From contig JAXLNO010000110.1 in the NCBI GenBank assembly GCA_038087875.1, forward strand, positions 62,001 to 126,000: DNA of 64,000 nucleotides, in the 5' to 3' direction. The DNA is from Malacoraja senta (taxonomy: Eukaryota). A program made the translations under genes and the position numbers. Under the pieces are notes generated by a model. That model made no database searches. It saw nothing but the letters and a program-made list of their open reading frames with translations, and had not been told where the DNA came from. This document shows, piece after piece, positions 49,350 through 61,259 of this stretch; the first letter of the stretch is position 1; every line of letters begins with the position of its first letter.

Positions 49350-50811
49350 AGAGGTCTGTGAACAGTGCAGAGAACAGAGATCTCTACCTGGACTCTGCGG
49401 TGCGTTATATATATTTAAAAAAATTAAAATCAAACTGCTGCATGAGTCACAGTGCCATCTCACGCCACCGCTGCCCAGCTGCTGACGTTACAATAACAGA
49501 GACATTTTTACATCTTCTGGTAGAAATTTTCCTTATGATTTCAAAAATCCAATCCTCTATACATTTGGTCGATTATTTCCCGAGATATTTACTGAAATTT
49601 ATAACCAAACTAACATTAAAAAAAAATATTATGGTTGCCCAGCTGCTGACCTCACAATGCCTTTGCACCTGGCCCAACTGCTTCCTGGCCACGCCCCGGA
49701 CCTGCCCCCCCCACCCCCCAGCCTGCCTGGTGGTCCGGCCCGGCCCGGCCCCGTTGACCTCACAATGCCTTTGCACCTGGCCCAACTGCTTCCTGGCCCC
49801 GCCCGGCCCTGCCTCCCCCCCCCCCAGCCTGCCAGGTTGTAGATTCCATTGGTTTTCATTGAATTTAATTTAATTATTTGTCACTTAACATCACTAATTC
49901 TTAACATTAACCTTTAATTTCAAAGACAGTTTAAAAAAAAAAAATTTGCTGTCTTCATTGACAGCTTTGATCGGACCCGCTGTGTGTGTGTGTGGAAGGG
50001 GAGGGAGGGAGGGAGGGGGGAACGGAGGGGAGGGAGGGAAGGGGGACGGGGGGGTGGTTAGTATGTGTGTGACGCGGCAGGCTGCTCCCCTGAATTCCAT
50101 AGAGCTGACGACAGCTTTCGTGCATGAGACACGCACGCTTCATTTCCAGAACATTCTGAACGCGTGACGCACGGTTGCATTTCGCTCTCTGTCTCTCCCC
50201 CTCTCTGCCTCATCTCTCTCTCTCCCCATCTCTCTCTCTCTCTCCCCATCTCTCTCTCTCTCCCCATCTCTCTCTCTCCCCTCTCTCTTTCCCCCCCACT
50301 CTCTCTCTCTCTCCCCTCTCCCCCCCTCTCTCCCTCTCCCCCACCCCACCCTCCCTCCCCTAACCCCCCTTCCCCTCCCCTACCCTCCACCCCATCCCCT
50401 CCCCACCCTCCCTTCCCCACCTCTACCCCCCCTCCCTCTCCTCCCCTCTCCTCCTCTCCTCCATCTCTCTCACCTCTCCTCCCCCACCCTCCCCCCTCAC
50501 CCACCCTCCCTCACCTCCTCCCCTCCACCCCCCTCTCCCTCTGTCTCTTGCCCTTCTGTCTCTGCCCCTTTCTCTCTGTCTCTCCCCATTCTCTCTCCTG
50601 CCCTCACTCTCTACCCCCCCATCCTCCCTCTCTAGACGCGCCTGCGAGTTGGGGGCTATGCGTCAGTGGATAGGGCGGTTATGGGGTAAAAGGAGCAAAT
50701 TAATAATATTAATATATCAAGGGGGGTAGTTAACGTGTGTGCCGCTGCATGCCGCCCCCCCACCCTCCACACGTTGGGGGAACAGACCCAACGGGTCTGC
50801 TCTTCATCTAG
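49350..50811 (+). mobile_element. Probable non-autonomous Helitron of a second family (5' end approximate)
   Basis: 3' CAGACCC-AAC-GGGTCTG hairpin (50783-50799) then CTAG (50808-50811) followed by T, where the CR1 frame resumes. Confidence 0.65.
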
Positions 50812-51762
50812 TATATATATATAAATAACTTGGATGTCAACATGGACAGGTTGGTTAGTAGATTTACAGATGACACCAAGATTTCTGGGGTCCCAGTCTG
50901 TAATGAAAGCTGTCAACGTTTACAGCTAATAGATCGTATAGAACGTATGTGGAATTCATTGTCACAGAAGGCCGTCAATGGATATTTTTAAGGCAGAGAA
51001 AGATAGATTCTTGATTGGAACAGGTGTCAGGGGTTATGGGGAGAAGGCAGGAGAATGGTATTGACAGGGAAAGATAGACCAGCCATGATTGAATGGCAGA
51101 GTAGTCTTGATGGGCCGAATGGCCTCTTTCTGCTCCTATCACATGAATTTATGAACTTATAAAGAACTGGATGGAGAAATGGCAAGTTTAATCTGGATTA
51201 AAATCTGATTTATTTGGAGGCTTGGATAGAGTGGATGTGGAGAGGATGTTTCCACTGGTGGGAGAGTCGAGGACCAGAGGCCATAGCCTCAGAATAAAAG
51301 ATTCAAGATTCAATTTAATTGTCCAATGTACCAATTAAATTTGAGTTACTCCAAAGGATGCTCCTTTAGAAAGGAGGAATTTCTTTAGTCAGAGGGTGGT
51401 GAATCTGTGGCATTCTTTGCCACAGACGGCGGTGGAGGTCAAGTCATTGGATATTTGTAAAGGCGGGGATTGACAAATTCTTGATTAGTACGGGTGTCAG
51501 GGATTTATGGGGAGAAGGCAGGAGAATGGGGTTGGGAGGTTAAAGATAGATCAGCCATGATTGCATGACTTGATGGGCCGAATGGCCTAATTCTGCTCCT
51601 AGAACTTGTGGATTTCTGATCTGAGCAAGTGTGAGGCACTGCACTTTGGGAGGTCAAGGTAAGGGGGGGGGGGGGGGGGGCTGGTGTACAATTAATGATA
51701 TAGCCCTTAACAGCGTTGATGTACAGAGGGATCTTGGGGCCCAAGTCCTGTAACACCATGAA

Positions 51763-51859
51763 GGTACACAAAAAAATGCTGGAGAAACTCAGCGGGTGCA
51801 GCAGCATCTATGGAGCAAAGGAAATAGGTAACGTTTCGGGCCGAAACCCTTCTTCATCT
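51763..51859 (-). mobile_element. Short Penelope-terminal-repeat-derived insertion
   Basis: 15-bp TSD CTGTAACACCATGAA (51748-51762 and 51860-51874); absent from the paralogous arm near 63840. Confidence 0.8.
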
Positions 51860-52093
51860 CTGTAACACCATGAAAGTGGCTACACAGGTAGATTGAGTGG
51901 TAAAGACCTATAATATGTTTGCATTCATAAGTCAGAGCCTTGAGCACAAGAGTCAGGAAATCATGATGCAGTTTGGTCAGGCCATACTGAGAACATTGGG
52001 TGCAGTTCTGGTCACCCCATTACAGGAAGGATGTGGAAGCTTTGGAAAGAGTGCAGAGGAGGTTTAGCAGAAATGATAGGTGTAAATAAGCAA

Positions 52094-52293
52094 NNNNNNN
52101 NNNNNNNNNNNNNNNNNNNNNNNNNNNNNNNNNNNNNNNNNNNNNNNNNNNNNNNNNNNNNNNNNNNNNNNNNNNNNNNNNNNNNNNNNNNNNNNNNNNN
52201 NNNNNNNNNNNNNNNNNNNNNNNNNNNNNNNNNNNNNNNNNNNNNNNNNNNNNNNNNNNNNNNNNNNNNNNNNNNNNNNNNNNNNNNNNNNNN
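52094..52293. other. Assembly gap (200 N)
   Basis: Run of N. Confidence 1.
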
Positions 52294-55200
52294 ACACAGC
52301 ATGGAAACCGACCCTTTAGCACACCGACCATCGCTCACATCAGTTTCATGTTATCCCACTTACTCACCCACTCCCTACACACCAGTGGGAAATTTACAGA
52401 GGGCCAATTAACCTACAAACCTGCACATATTTGGAGCGTTCCTGGAAATCCACGAGGTCACAGGGAGAACATGCAGACTACACACAAGCAGCACCCGTAG
52501 TCAGGATTGAACCTGGTTCTCTGGCGCCTCTTTCCCAGGGGAGGGGAATCAAGGACTAAAGGATACAGGCTTAAGGAGAGAGCAGACGAGATTTAAGGGA
52601 GAACTTAAATCATGAGGGGAATAGATAAGGTGAATGGAGTTTCTCACCAGCCAGGGTGTTTAGTTTAGGACTCGGCACAGAAACAGTCCCTTGGCCTATC
52701 GAGTCCATGCTGACCATCGATCAATAGACAATAGATAGTAGTTGCAGGGGTAGGCCATTCAGCCCTTCTATGGCTGAATGGCTGATCATCCACAATCGGT
52801 ACCCTGTTCCTGCCTTCTCCTCATATCCCCTGACTCCGCTATCTTTAAGAGCCCTATCTAGCTCTCTCTTGAAAGTATCCAGAGAACTGACCTCCACCTC
52901 CCTCTGAGGCAGAGAATTCCACACTCACAACTCTCTGTGAGAAAAAGTGTTTCCTCGTCTCTGTTCAAAATGGCTTACCCTTTATTCTTAAACTGTGGCC
53001 CCTGGTTCTGGACTCCCCCAACATTGGGAACATGTTTCCTGCCTCTAGCATGTCCAAACCCTTAATAATGTTTCTATAAGATTCCCACTCATCCTTCTAA
53101 ATTCCATAGTATACAAGCCCAGCCACTCCATTCTCTCAGCATATGACAGTCCCGCAATCCCGGGAATTAACCTTGGTTCAATGGATATTTATTGTCACAT
53201 ATGCGATTAAACATTTCATAGTGAAATTCATTTTGCATATAATGCCAACGCCATTTAACCAAGCTTAGCCCTGGCGTCCTCCACTGATGTCCGGTACATG
53301 TGCTCGGCTTCTTGAATCACAATAGTACCACGTTATCTCACTTTCTCATCCACTCCCTGCACACTCGGGGGCAATTTACAGAGGGGCCGATGAACTTACA
53401 AACCTGCATGGGCACGTCTTTGGGACGTGTGAGCACCCGGAGGAAACCCACGCGGTCACGGGGAGATCGTGCAACTCCACACGGATAGCACTCGGGGTCA
53501 GGCTGGGGTGTGGCGAATGCTTTGCCAGAGACGGGGCAGGGTAATGACCCGTGGGCGGCGAGGATGTGCCGATGCAGGTTGCAAGGGTCGTAAGGTCATA
53601 AGTGATAGGAGTAGAATTAGGTCATTCAGCCCATCTAGTCTACTCTACCATTCAATCATGGCTTATCCATCTTTCCCTCTCAATCCATTCTCCTGCCATC
53701 TCCCCATAACCCCTGACACCCGTACTAATCAAGAATCTATCTATCTCCGCCTTAAAAATACCCAATGACTTGGCTTCCACAGCCTTCTGTGGCAATGAAT
53801 TCCACAGATTCACCACCATCTTGCTAAAGAAATTCCTCCTCATCTCCTTAAAGGAACGTCCTTTAATTCTGAGGCTATGCCCTCTGATCCCAGACTCTCC
53901 CACTAGTAGAAACATCCTCTGCACATCCACTCTATCCAGGACTTTCACTATTCGGTGAGTTTCAATGAAGTTGCCAAAAAAGGGTATTCTCTCTCCACCC
54001 TAGATCCTGAATCCCTTTGTAAATTGAGGGGGGAAGCCTAACACTAAGAAAGGGCCCTCTCCTAGATAAGGGGGATAACCCTCTATGGGTCCCTCCATTC
54101 ATTCTAGCTCTAATATTTCAGTAATCTCAATCAATCAATCAATCAACCTTTATTGTCATCTTGCAAGCAACAGTTGTACAGTGCAAAATGAAAAGACGTT
54201 TCCCAGGGAATACCGGAGCATCGCACATGAAATTTAAAACATTTCACACATAATAACACTAAAAATAATCCAGTCCCTGATGGCACAGTATAAATAGTTA
54301 AAAAGTAGGTAAAACAACAACGTTAAAATACAGTAAAACCAATCATAAACATGTCCGGGGCAGCTGATTTGAGTGGCCAGTGCCAGTTATTGAAGTGGCC
54401 AGTGCCAGTTATTAAAGTGTCCGTGCCAAGCCGCAGAATCAGGTGACTGTGAATACAGAGAGGCTGTTTAGCAGCCTCACAGCATATGGCAGGAAGCTGT
54501 TTAGCAGTCTTGTAGTCCGGGCTTTGATGCTGCGATATCTCTTGCCCGATGGCAGGAGATCCAGGTGTATGTGGAGTGGGTGCAGTTTGTCCTTAGCAAT
54601 TCTCTGAGCTTTTTGCAGACAGCGGCTCTGGAACAGTTCTTGTACCGAGGGTAGGGAGACGCCAATGATCCTCTCTGCTCCCCTCACTACCCTCTGCAGA
54701 GCCTTCCTGTCCGAGCAGTTGCAGGTGGAGTGCCACGTATTTATGCAGTACGTGAGTACAGACTCCACCGTACCCCTGTAGAAAGTCCTGAGGATGTTGG
54801 TGGGGAGTGAGGCCTGTTTTAGTTTCCTCAGGAAGTAATAATCGGATTACAAGGTTAATTTCCGGGATGGCGGGACTGTCATATGCTGAGAGAATGGAGC
54901 GGCTGGGCTTGTATACTCTGGAGCTTAGAAGGATGAGAAGCAATCTTATTGAAACGTATAAGATTATTAAGGGTTTGGACACGTTTGGGCAAGAAACATG
55001 TTCCCAATGTTGGGGGAGTCCAGAACCAGGGGCCACAGTTTAAGAATAAGGAGTAAGCCATTTTGAACAGAGATGAGGAAACGACTTTTTCTCACTGAGA
55101 GTTGTGAGTCTGTGGAATTCTCTGCCTCAGAGGGCGGTGGAGGTCGGTTCTCTGGATACTTTCAAGAGAGAGCTAGATAGGGCTCTTAAAGATAGCAGAG

Positions 55201-55879
55201 TCAGGGGATATGGGGAGAAGGCAGGAACGGGGTACTGATTGTGGATGATCAGCCATGATCACATTGAATGGCGGTGCTGGCTCGAAGGGCTGAATGGCCT
55301 ACCCCTGCAACTACTATCTATTGTCTATTGATCGATGATCAGCATGGACTCGATGGGCCAAGGGACTGTTTCTGTGCCGAGTCCTAAACTAAACACCCTG
55401 GCTGGTGAGAAACTCCATTCACCCTATCTATTCCCCTCATGATTCAAATTCTCTCTTAAATCTCATCTGCTCTCGCCTTAAGCCTGTATCCTTTAGTCCT
55501 TGATTCGCCTCCCCTGGGAAAGAGGCGCCAGAGAACCAGGTTCAATCCTGACTACGGGTGCTGCTTGTGTGTAGTCTGCATGCTCTCCCCCTCCCCCAGT
55601 GTGTCCTCCATTGATCAGCCATGATCATATTGAATGGCGGTGCAGGCTCGAAGGGCCGAATGGCCTACTCCTGCACCTATTTTCTATTTTCTATGTATCT
55701 ATGTTCTCCCTGTGACCTCGTGGATTTCCAGGAACGCTCCAAAGATGTGTGAGTTTGTAGGTTAATTGGCCCTCTGTAAATTGCCCGCTGGTGTGTAGGG
55801 AGTGGGTGAGTAAGTGAGATAACATGGAACTGGTATGAGCGATGGTCGGTGTGCTAAAGGGTCTGTTTCCATGCTGTGT
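52294..55879. repeat. Inner arms of large inverted duplication (52294-53175 vs 55879-54850)
   Basis: The same SINE/CR1 mosaic, including junctions, occurs in reverse complement; spacer 53176-54849. Confidence 0.9.
54130..54835 (-). mobile_element. Rex1/Babar LINE 3' fragment
   Basis: ESVLTYCI.TW..DRKALQRVVR.AERIIG..LLPSGKRYRS; (TTGA)n tail. Confidence 0.85.
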
Positions 55880-57228
55880 TTCTAAAGCAATTGTAAAGGT
55901 CAATGATGGAAGCACATCACTGAGGGAGGTGGATGGGAGGACGAAGGGAATGGTCTTTGATCATCTAGATAGTTCAGAGGCTGTTGCTGATTGGGTGGCA
56001 TTTGTGAGTGGGAATTGAGTGAAGGATCTGATCAGATCAAGAGATTTGAATTTAATTGAATACTTTGTCACATGTGACAACCCAGTGAAATCCTTTGCTT
56101 GAATACCCAAGGTATGGAAACAGTTGCCCATAAAGGGTGCTTACAAAGTACCCCTGCGACAGGTCCCCCTGTTGTTCTTTCCCCTCCCTCACAGCGGCTC
56201 CCCACACCCCCTCCCCCACTGCTCTCCCCCTCCCCACCCTGTCCTCCACTGCTCTCCCCCTCCCCCATAGTGTGACCTCCATTGCTCTCCCCGTCCCCCA
56301 GTGATCTCCCCCCCTGTCCTCCACTGCTCTCCCCCTCCCCCACCCTGTCCTCCACTGCTCTCCCCCTCCTCCACGCCCTGTTCTCCATTGTTCTCCCTGT
56401 CCATCACCTCCACGCCAGGTCCTCCATTGTTCCTTCCCTCGGCAGCGGATTGGTCACGTCCACATGTCCGTCGGCGCGATCATCGACCTCTCCACTAACG
56501 TTGCCGGGTCCTTTCCGGACGCCGACCCAGGCCCATTTGAGATGGGAATAAGGAATAGTCGTGATGGGGAGGGTGGCATTGTTTACTGGAACAGTTTCTA
56601 TCCACACTGAGACTGGGCACGCGGTGGAGTACTTGGCCAGGCCGACCCTGCAACACCGCCAGGACCTTCACGGCCAGATCAAGATCCCTGCATTTACAAC
56701 CGCTCCAGACACTTCAGGCCGCTGAGGGCTTTTCCACCCGACGCCAGTGTTCCAGCTTCCCGGCGGGTGGGCCTATAATCACAGGGCTGCCGTTGTGGCC
56801 TCAAACTGGCCCCGACCTCGGGGTGGACAAGGAGGAGGAGGACTGGACAGGACATTTTAGTGCCTTCCCTCACAGTGGAGAGTGTAGATTCTGCTGTGTT
56901 GGGGGGGGGGGGGGGTGTTCGTGTTGAATCTCTTATAGTGTGGTGTCATTTTTTTCTACCTCTTTTTATTATCTATATGGATAATTTTTCTCTGTAAAGC
57001 ACTTTGGCTTCTTTGAATGAAAAGTGCTATATAAATAAATTTACTTTACTTTACTTTTACAACCGGGAATGGAAAATGGCACCAAACTGGTGAATCTGCA
57101 CACTGTCTCAGTGGACTACTGCTATACACTTGTACTGTATCTGAGATGCTTATCTGAGATGTATCTTATGTTGTACTGAACTGTCTACAAAATGAATTTC
57201 ACTGTACCTCGGTGCCAAATAAAGTACC

Positions 57229-57322
57229 ACACCAGCATCTGCAGTTGCTTCCTGCACCACACCAGCATCTGCAGTTGCTTCCTGCACCACACCAGCATCT
57301 GCAGTTGCTTCCTGCACCACAC
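57229..57322 (+). repeat. 30-bp tandem repeat x3
   Basis: ACCACACCAGCATCTGCAGTTGCTTCCTGC units. Confidence 0.8.
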
Positions 57323-57584
57323 CATACTTCTCTGTCACCCGCACACCTCCCTCATCACTCCACGCCACCAACCCCTCCCCCCTTCCACGCACTGTGGTCC
57401 TGCAGTTACTGCAGCTGGCCTGTGGAGGGCCCTGCGAGCTGTGGCTAACTCCAACCACTGCTATCTCCAAGTGCTGTGTAGGAAGGAACTGCAGATGCTG
57501 GTTTAAACCAAAGACAGACACAAAATGCTGTAGTAATTCAGCGGGACAGGCAGCATCTCTGGAGAGAAGAAATGGGTGACGTTT

Positions 57585-59060
57585 CATAGAAACATGGAAA
57601 ATAGGTGCAGGAGGAGGCCATTTGGCCGTTCGAGCCAGCACCGCCATTCATTGTGATCATGGCTGATTGTCCCCAATCAATAACCCGTGCCTGCCTTCTC
57701 CCCATATCCCTTGATTCCACTAGCCCCTAGAGCTCTATCTAACTATCTCTTAAATCCATCCAGTGATTTGGCCTCCACTGCCCTCTGTGGCGGGGAATTC
57801 CACAAATTCACAGCTCTGGGTGAAAACGTTTTTTCTCACCTCAGTCTTAAATGGCCTCCCCTTTATTCTAAGACTGGCCCCTGGTTCTGGACTCGCCCAA
57901 CATTGGGAACATTTTTCCTGCATCTAGCTTGTCCAGTCCTTTTATAATTTTATATGTTTCTATCAGATCCCCCTCATCCTTCTAACTCCTGTGAATACAA
58001 GCCTAGTCTTTTCAATCTTTCCTCATATGACAGTCCCGCCATCTCAGAGATCAATCTTGTGAACCTACGCTGCACTGCCTCAATCACAAGGATGTCCTTC
58101 CTCAAATTAGGAGACCAAAACTGTACGCAATACTCCAGATGTGGTCTTACCAGAGCCCTATACAACTGCAGAAGAACCTCTCTACTCCTATACTGAAATT
58201 CTCTTGTTATGAAGGTCAACATTCAATTAGCTTTCTTCACTACCTGCTGTACCTGCACGCCAACTTTCAGTGACCGGTGTACAAGGACACCCAGGTCTCG
58301 CTGTACCTCCCCCTTACCTAACCTAACCCCATTGAGATAATAATCTGCCCCCTTGTTTTTGCCACCAAAGTGGATAACCTCACATTTATTTATATTATAC
58401 TGCATCTGTCGCGCATCTGCCCACTCACTCAACCTGTCCAGGTCACCCTGCAACCTCCTAACATCCTCGTCACAGTTCACACTGCCACCCAGCTTTGTGT
58501 CATCCGCAAACTTGCCAGTGTTGCTCCTAATTCCCTCTTCCAAATCATTAGTATATATGGTAAACAGTTGCGGCCCCAACACCGAGCCTTGCGGCATTCC
58601 ACTCGCCACTGCCTGCCATTCTGAAAAGGACCCGTTCACTCCTACTCTTTGATTCCTGTCTGTCAACCAATTTTCTATCCACGTCAACACCCTACCCCCA
58701 ATACCATGTACTCTAATTTTAGTCATGAGTCTCCCATGCAGGACCTTATCAAAGGCTTTCTGAAAGTCTAGATACACTACATCCACTGGCTCCCCTTCAT
58801 CCATTTTACTTGTCACATCCTCAAACAATTCCAGAAGATTAGTCAAATATGATTTTCCTTTCATAAATCCATGCTGACGGACTAATCCTTTTACTGCTAT
58901 CCAAATGCCCCATTATTACCTCTTTAATAATTGACTCCAGCATCTTTCCCACCACCGAAATCGGGCTAACTGGTCTGTAATTCCCCGTTTTCTCTCTCGC
59001 TCCTTTCTTGAAAAGTGGGATAACATTAGCTATCCTCCAAAGCACAGGAACTGATCCTGA
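57585..59060 (-). mobile_element. CR1 LINE, 5'-truncated (RT to tail)
   Basis: [56 protein letters not shown]; inserted in a Penelope terminal repeat. Confidence 0.92.
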
Positions 59061-60159
59061 ATCAGTTTCGGGTCGAGACCCTTTTTCATACTGATGTCAG
59101 GGGAGAGGGAGATACAATGATAAGGAAATGTAAGGTGTGAAAAACAGGACAAAGCTGATGAAAATGTAGAATAGATCATTATTAGCTGGGAGAAAGCAGT
59201 GATAAAATGTAGTCAGAGACAATCAAACTGGTTGGAGAACTGGGAAGGGGGAGGGATGGAGAGAGGGGGAAAGCAAGGGTTACTTGAAGTTATGATGATG
59301 CTATGAAAATATTACTTAAGAGACCTCGATGGTGTCTTTTGTATACATTTATTTGCCGATTAATGACTCTGAAAATGAAATCATCTTGGCCTTATCAAAC
59401 AAAGTTTAGCACGACATGCTACCAATCCCAGCTGTGGAGACATTGGTATCGTTGTCTCATTGTAGGACACTGATTTTTTAAATTCTTGATCTTAAACCAT
59501 GTATGGTGCTTTTGTTTGTAATTTACCGTGCTTCTGTATACAATTTATTCTATGTAATGTATGCTCTTTATCTGGACCTTGAGTCTGTAATAAAAAGTAA
59601 GTAAATAAGTTAAAGCCAATGTTCATGTCGCTAGGGTGATCTGGTTTTACACCGAAGATAGACACAAAATGCTGGAGTAACTCAGCGAGACAAGCAGCAT
59701 CTCTGGAGAGAAGGAATAGGTGACCTTTTCTTCAGACTGAGAGAGTCAGGGATAGGGAAAACGAGGGATATGAAAAGGAACATAGAACAAATGCATGAAA
59801 GATGTGCAAAAGGACTAATCAAAGTCAGCAACGATGGTCAAGGAAAGGTGGAGCTCACAATGGTCCATTGTTGGCTGTGAGGAAGGTCATAATGAGTCAT
59901 GAATTTCACTGTTCGCATCCGTTCATTATCACCTTATCCACAGCCAACAATGGACCATTGTGGCTCCCCCTTTCCTTGGTCATCAATGACAGCTCTGATC
60001 TGTTCTGTACCTTTTCATAGTTTCCCATTCCCCTGACCCTCAGTCTGAAGAAGGGTCTTGATCCAAAATGTCACTTATTCCTTCTCTCCAGAGATGCTTG
60101 CTGATCCGCTGAGTTACTCCAGCTTTTTATGTCTAACTTCAGGTTCTGGAAGTTAGGAA

Positions 60160-60438
60160 GGCACGGTGGTGCAACAGTGCCAGAGACCCAGGTCGGATCC
60201 TGACTACGGGTGCTGTCTGTACGGAGTTTGCACGTTCTCCCCGTGACCGGCATGGGTTTTCTCCAGATTCCTACCACACTCCAAAGACGTACAGGTTTGT
60301 AGCCTAACTGACTAGGTGAACATTATACAATTGTCCCAAGTGTGCGTAGGATAGTGGTAGTGTATGGGGTGATCACTGGTCGGCGCATACATGGTGGGCC
60401 GAAGGGCCAGTTTCTGCACTGAATCTCTAAACTAAACT
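60160..60438 (+). mobile_element. HE1-type SINE
   Basis: tRNA head, V-domain and (CTAAA)n tail. Confidence 0.8.
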
Positions 60439-60720
60439 ACTGCATCGTTCTATCACAGGTGCCAGCAATAATAAATTCCCAGTTGCTCAGTGCTGGCCTT
60501 AACCCTCAGCTGGAGAGGTCGGCCACAATATAGCAGCACTCTGCCTGACCCAGGCACCTCTGTGCCCGTTCCCCATCACCCCCAATCTTCCATACATTAT
60601 CCCCCTCCATTTGCCTCTCAGGTTCTCAATTCTCCTGCTATGCGTAAAATACTCTGTGCATTCACCCTCTATCATACACGGGTCAATAAAGTTCAGGCCG
60701 CCCCTCAGCATAACAATGAT

Positions 60721-60726
60721 TTTATT
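60721..60726 (-). terminator. Candidate polyadenylation signal of perforin copy B
   Basis: First AATAAA seen on the minus strand after the stop at 61260. Confidence 0.5.
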
Positions 60727-61259
60727 TGTTCACAATCATGATTAAAAACAGTTGCAATATTTTGCATTGAGAAGCAATTGGGCGGGGGGGGGGGGGGGGG
60801 GAGGGGAGAATGAGGGAGGGAGGGAGGGAATGAATGGGGGAAGAACGAGGGAGGGGAGGATGAGGGAAGAATAAAGGAAGGGAAGATGACGAGGGAGGGA
60901 AGATGAGGGGAGGGGGGAGATGAGGGAGGGAAAAATGAGGGAGGAATGGAGGTGGGAAAGAGGGAGGAATGGAAGGGGAGAAAGGGAGGGAGGGGAGATG
61001 AGGGAAGGGAGGATGGGGGAGTGGAGGAGAGGATGAGGGGAGGGAAGGAGAGGATGAGGGATGGGGAGGATGAGGAAGGGGAGGGGGTGGTGAATCAAGG
61101 GAGGGTGAGGGATGGGGAGAGGATGATGAGGCAGCTGAGGGGTGGATGAGGGGGAGATAGGGTGTCATCTCCCGGCCATGAACTACTGGCACAGGTCACC
61201 GCGCAGGTGTGGGCCACAGGTGAGGGTGAGGGGTGAGGTGAGGAGGGAGGACCTGGGTC

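Larger units (their letters stand above)
49060..52090 (+). mobile_element. Old CR1 LINE RT fragments with nested insertions
   Basis: SQHGF..SCLTNL..AVDIVYMDFS.AF.KVPHG (49060-49345); IYIN.LD..RF.DDTK (50812 onward); LVRP.LE..QFWSP (51970 onward). Confidence 0.75.
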
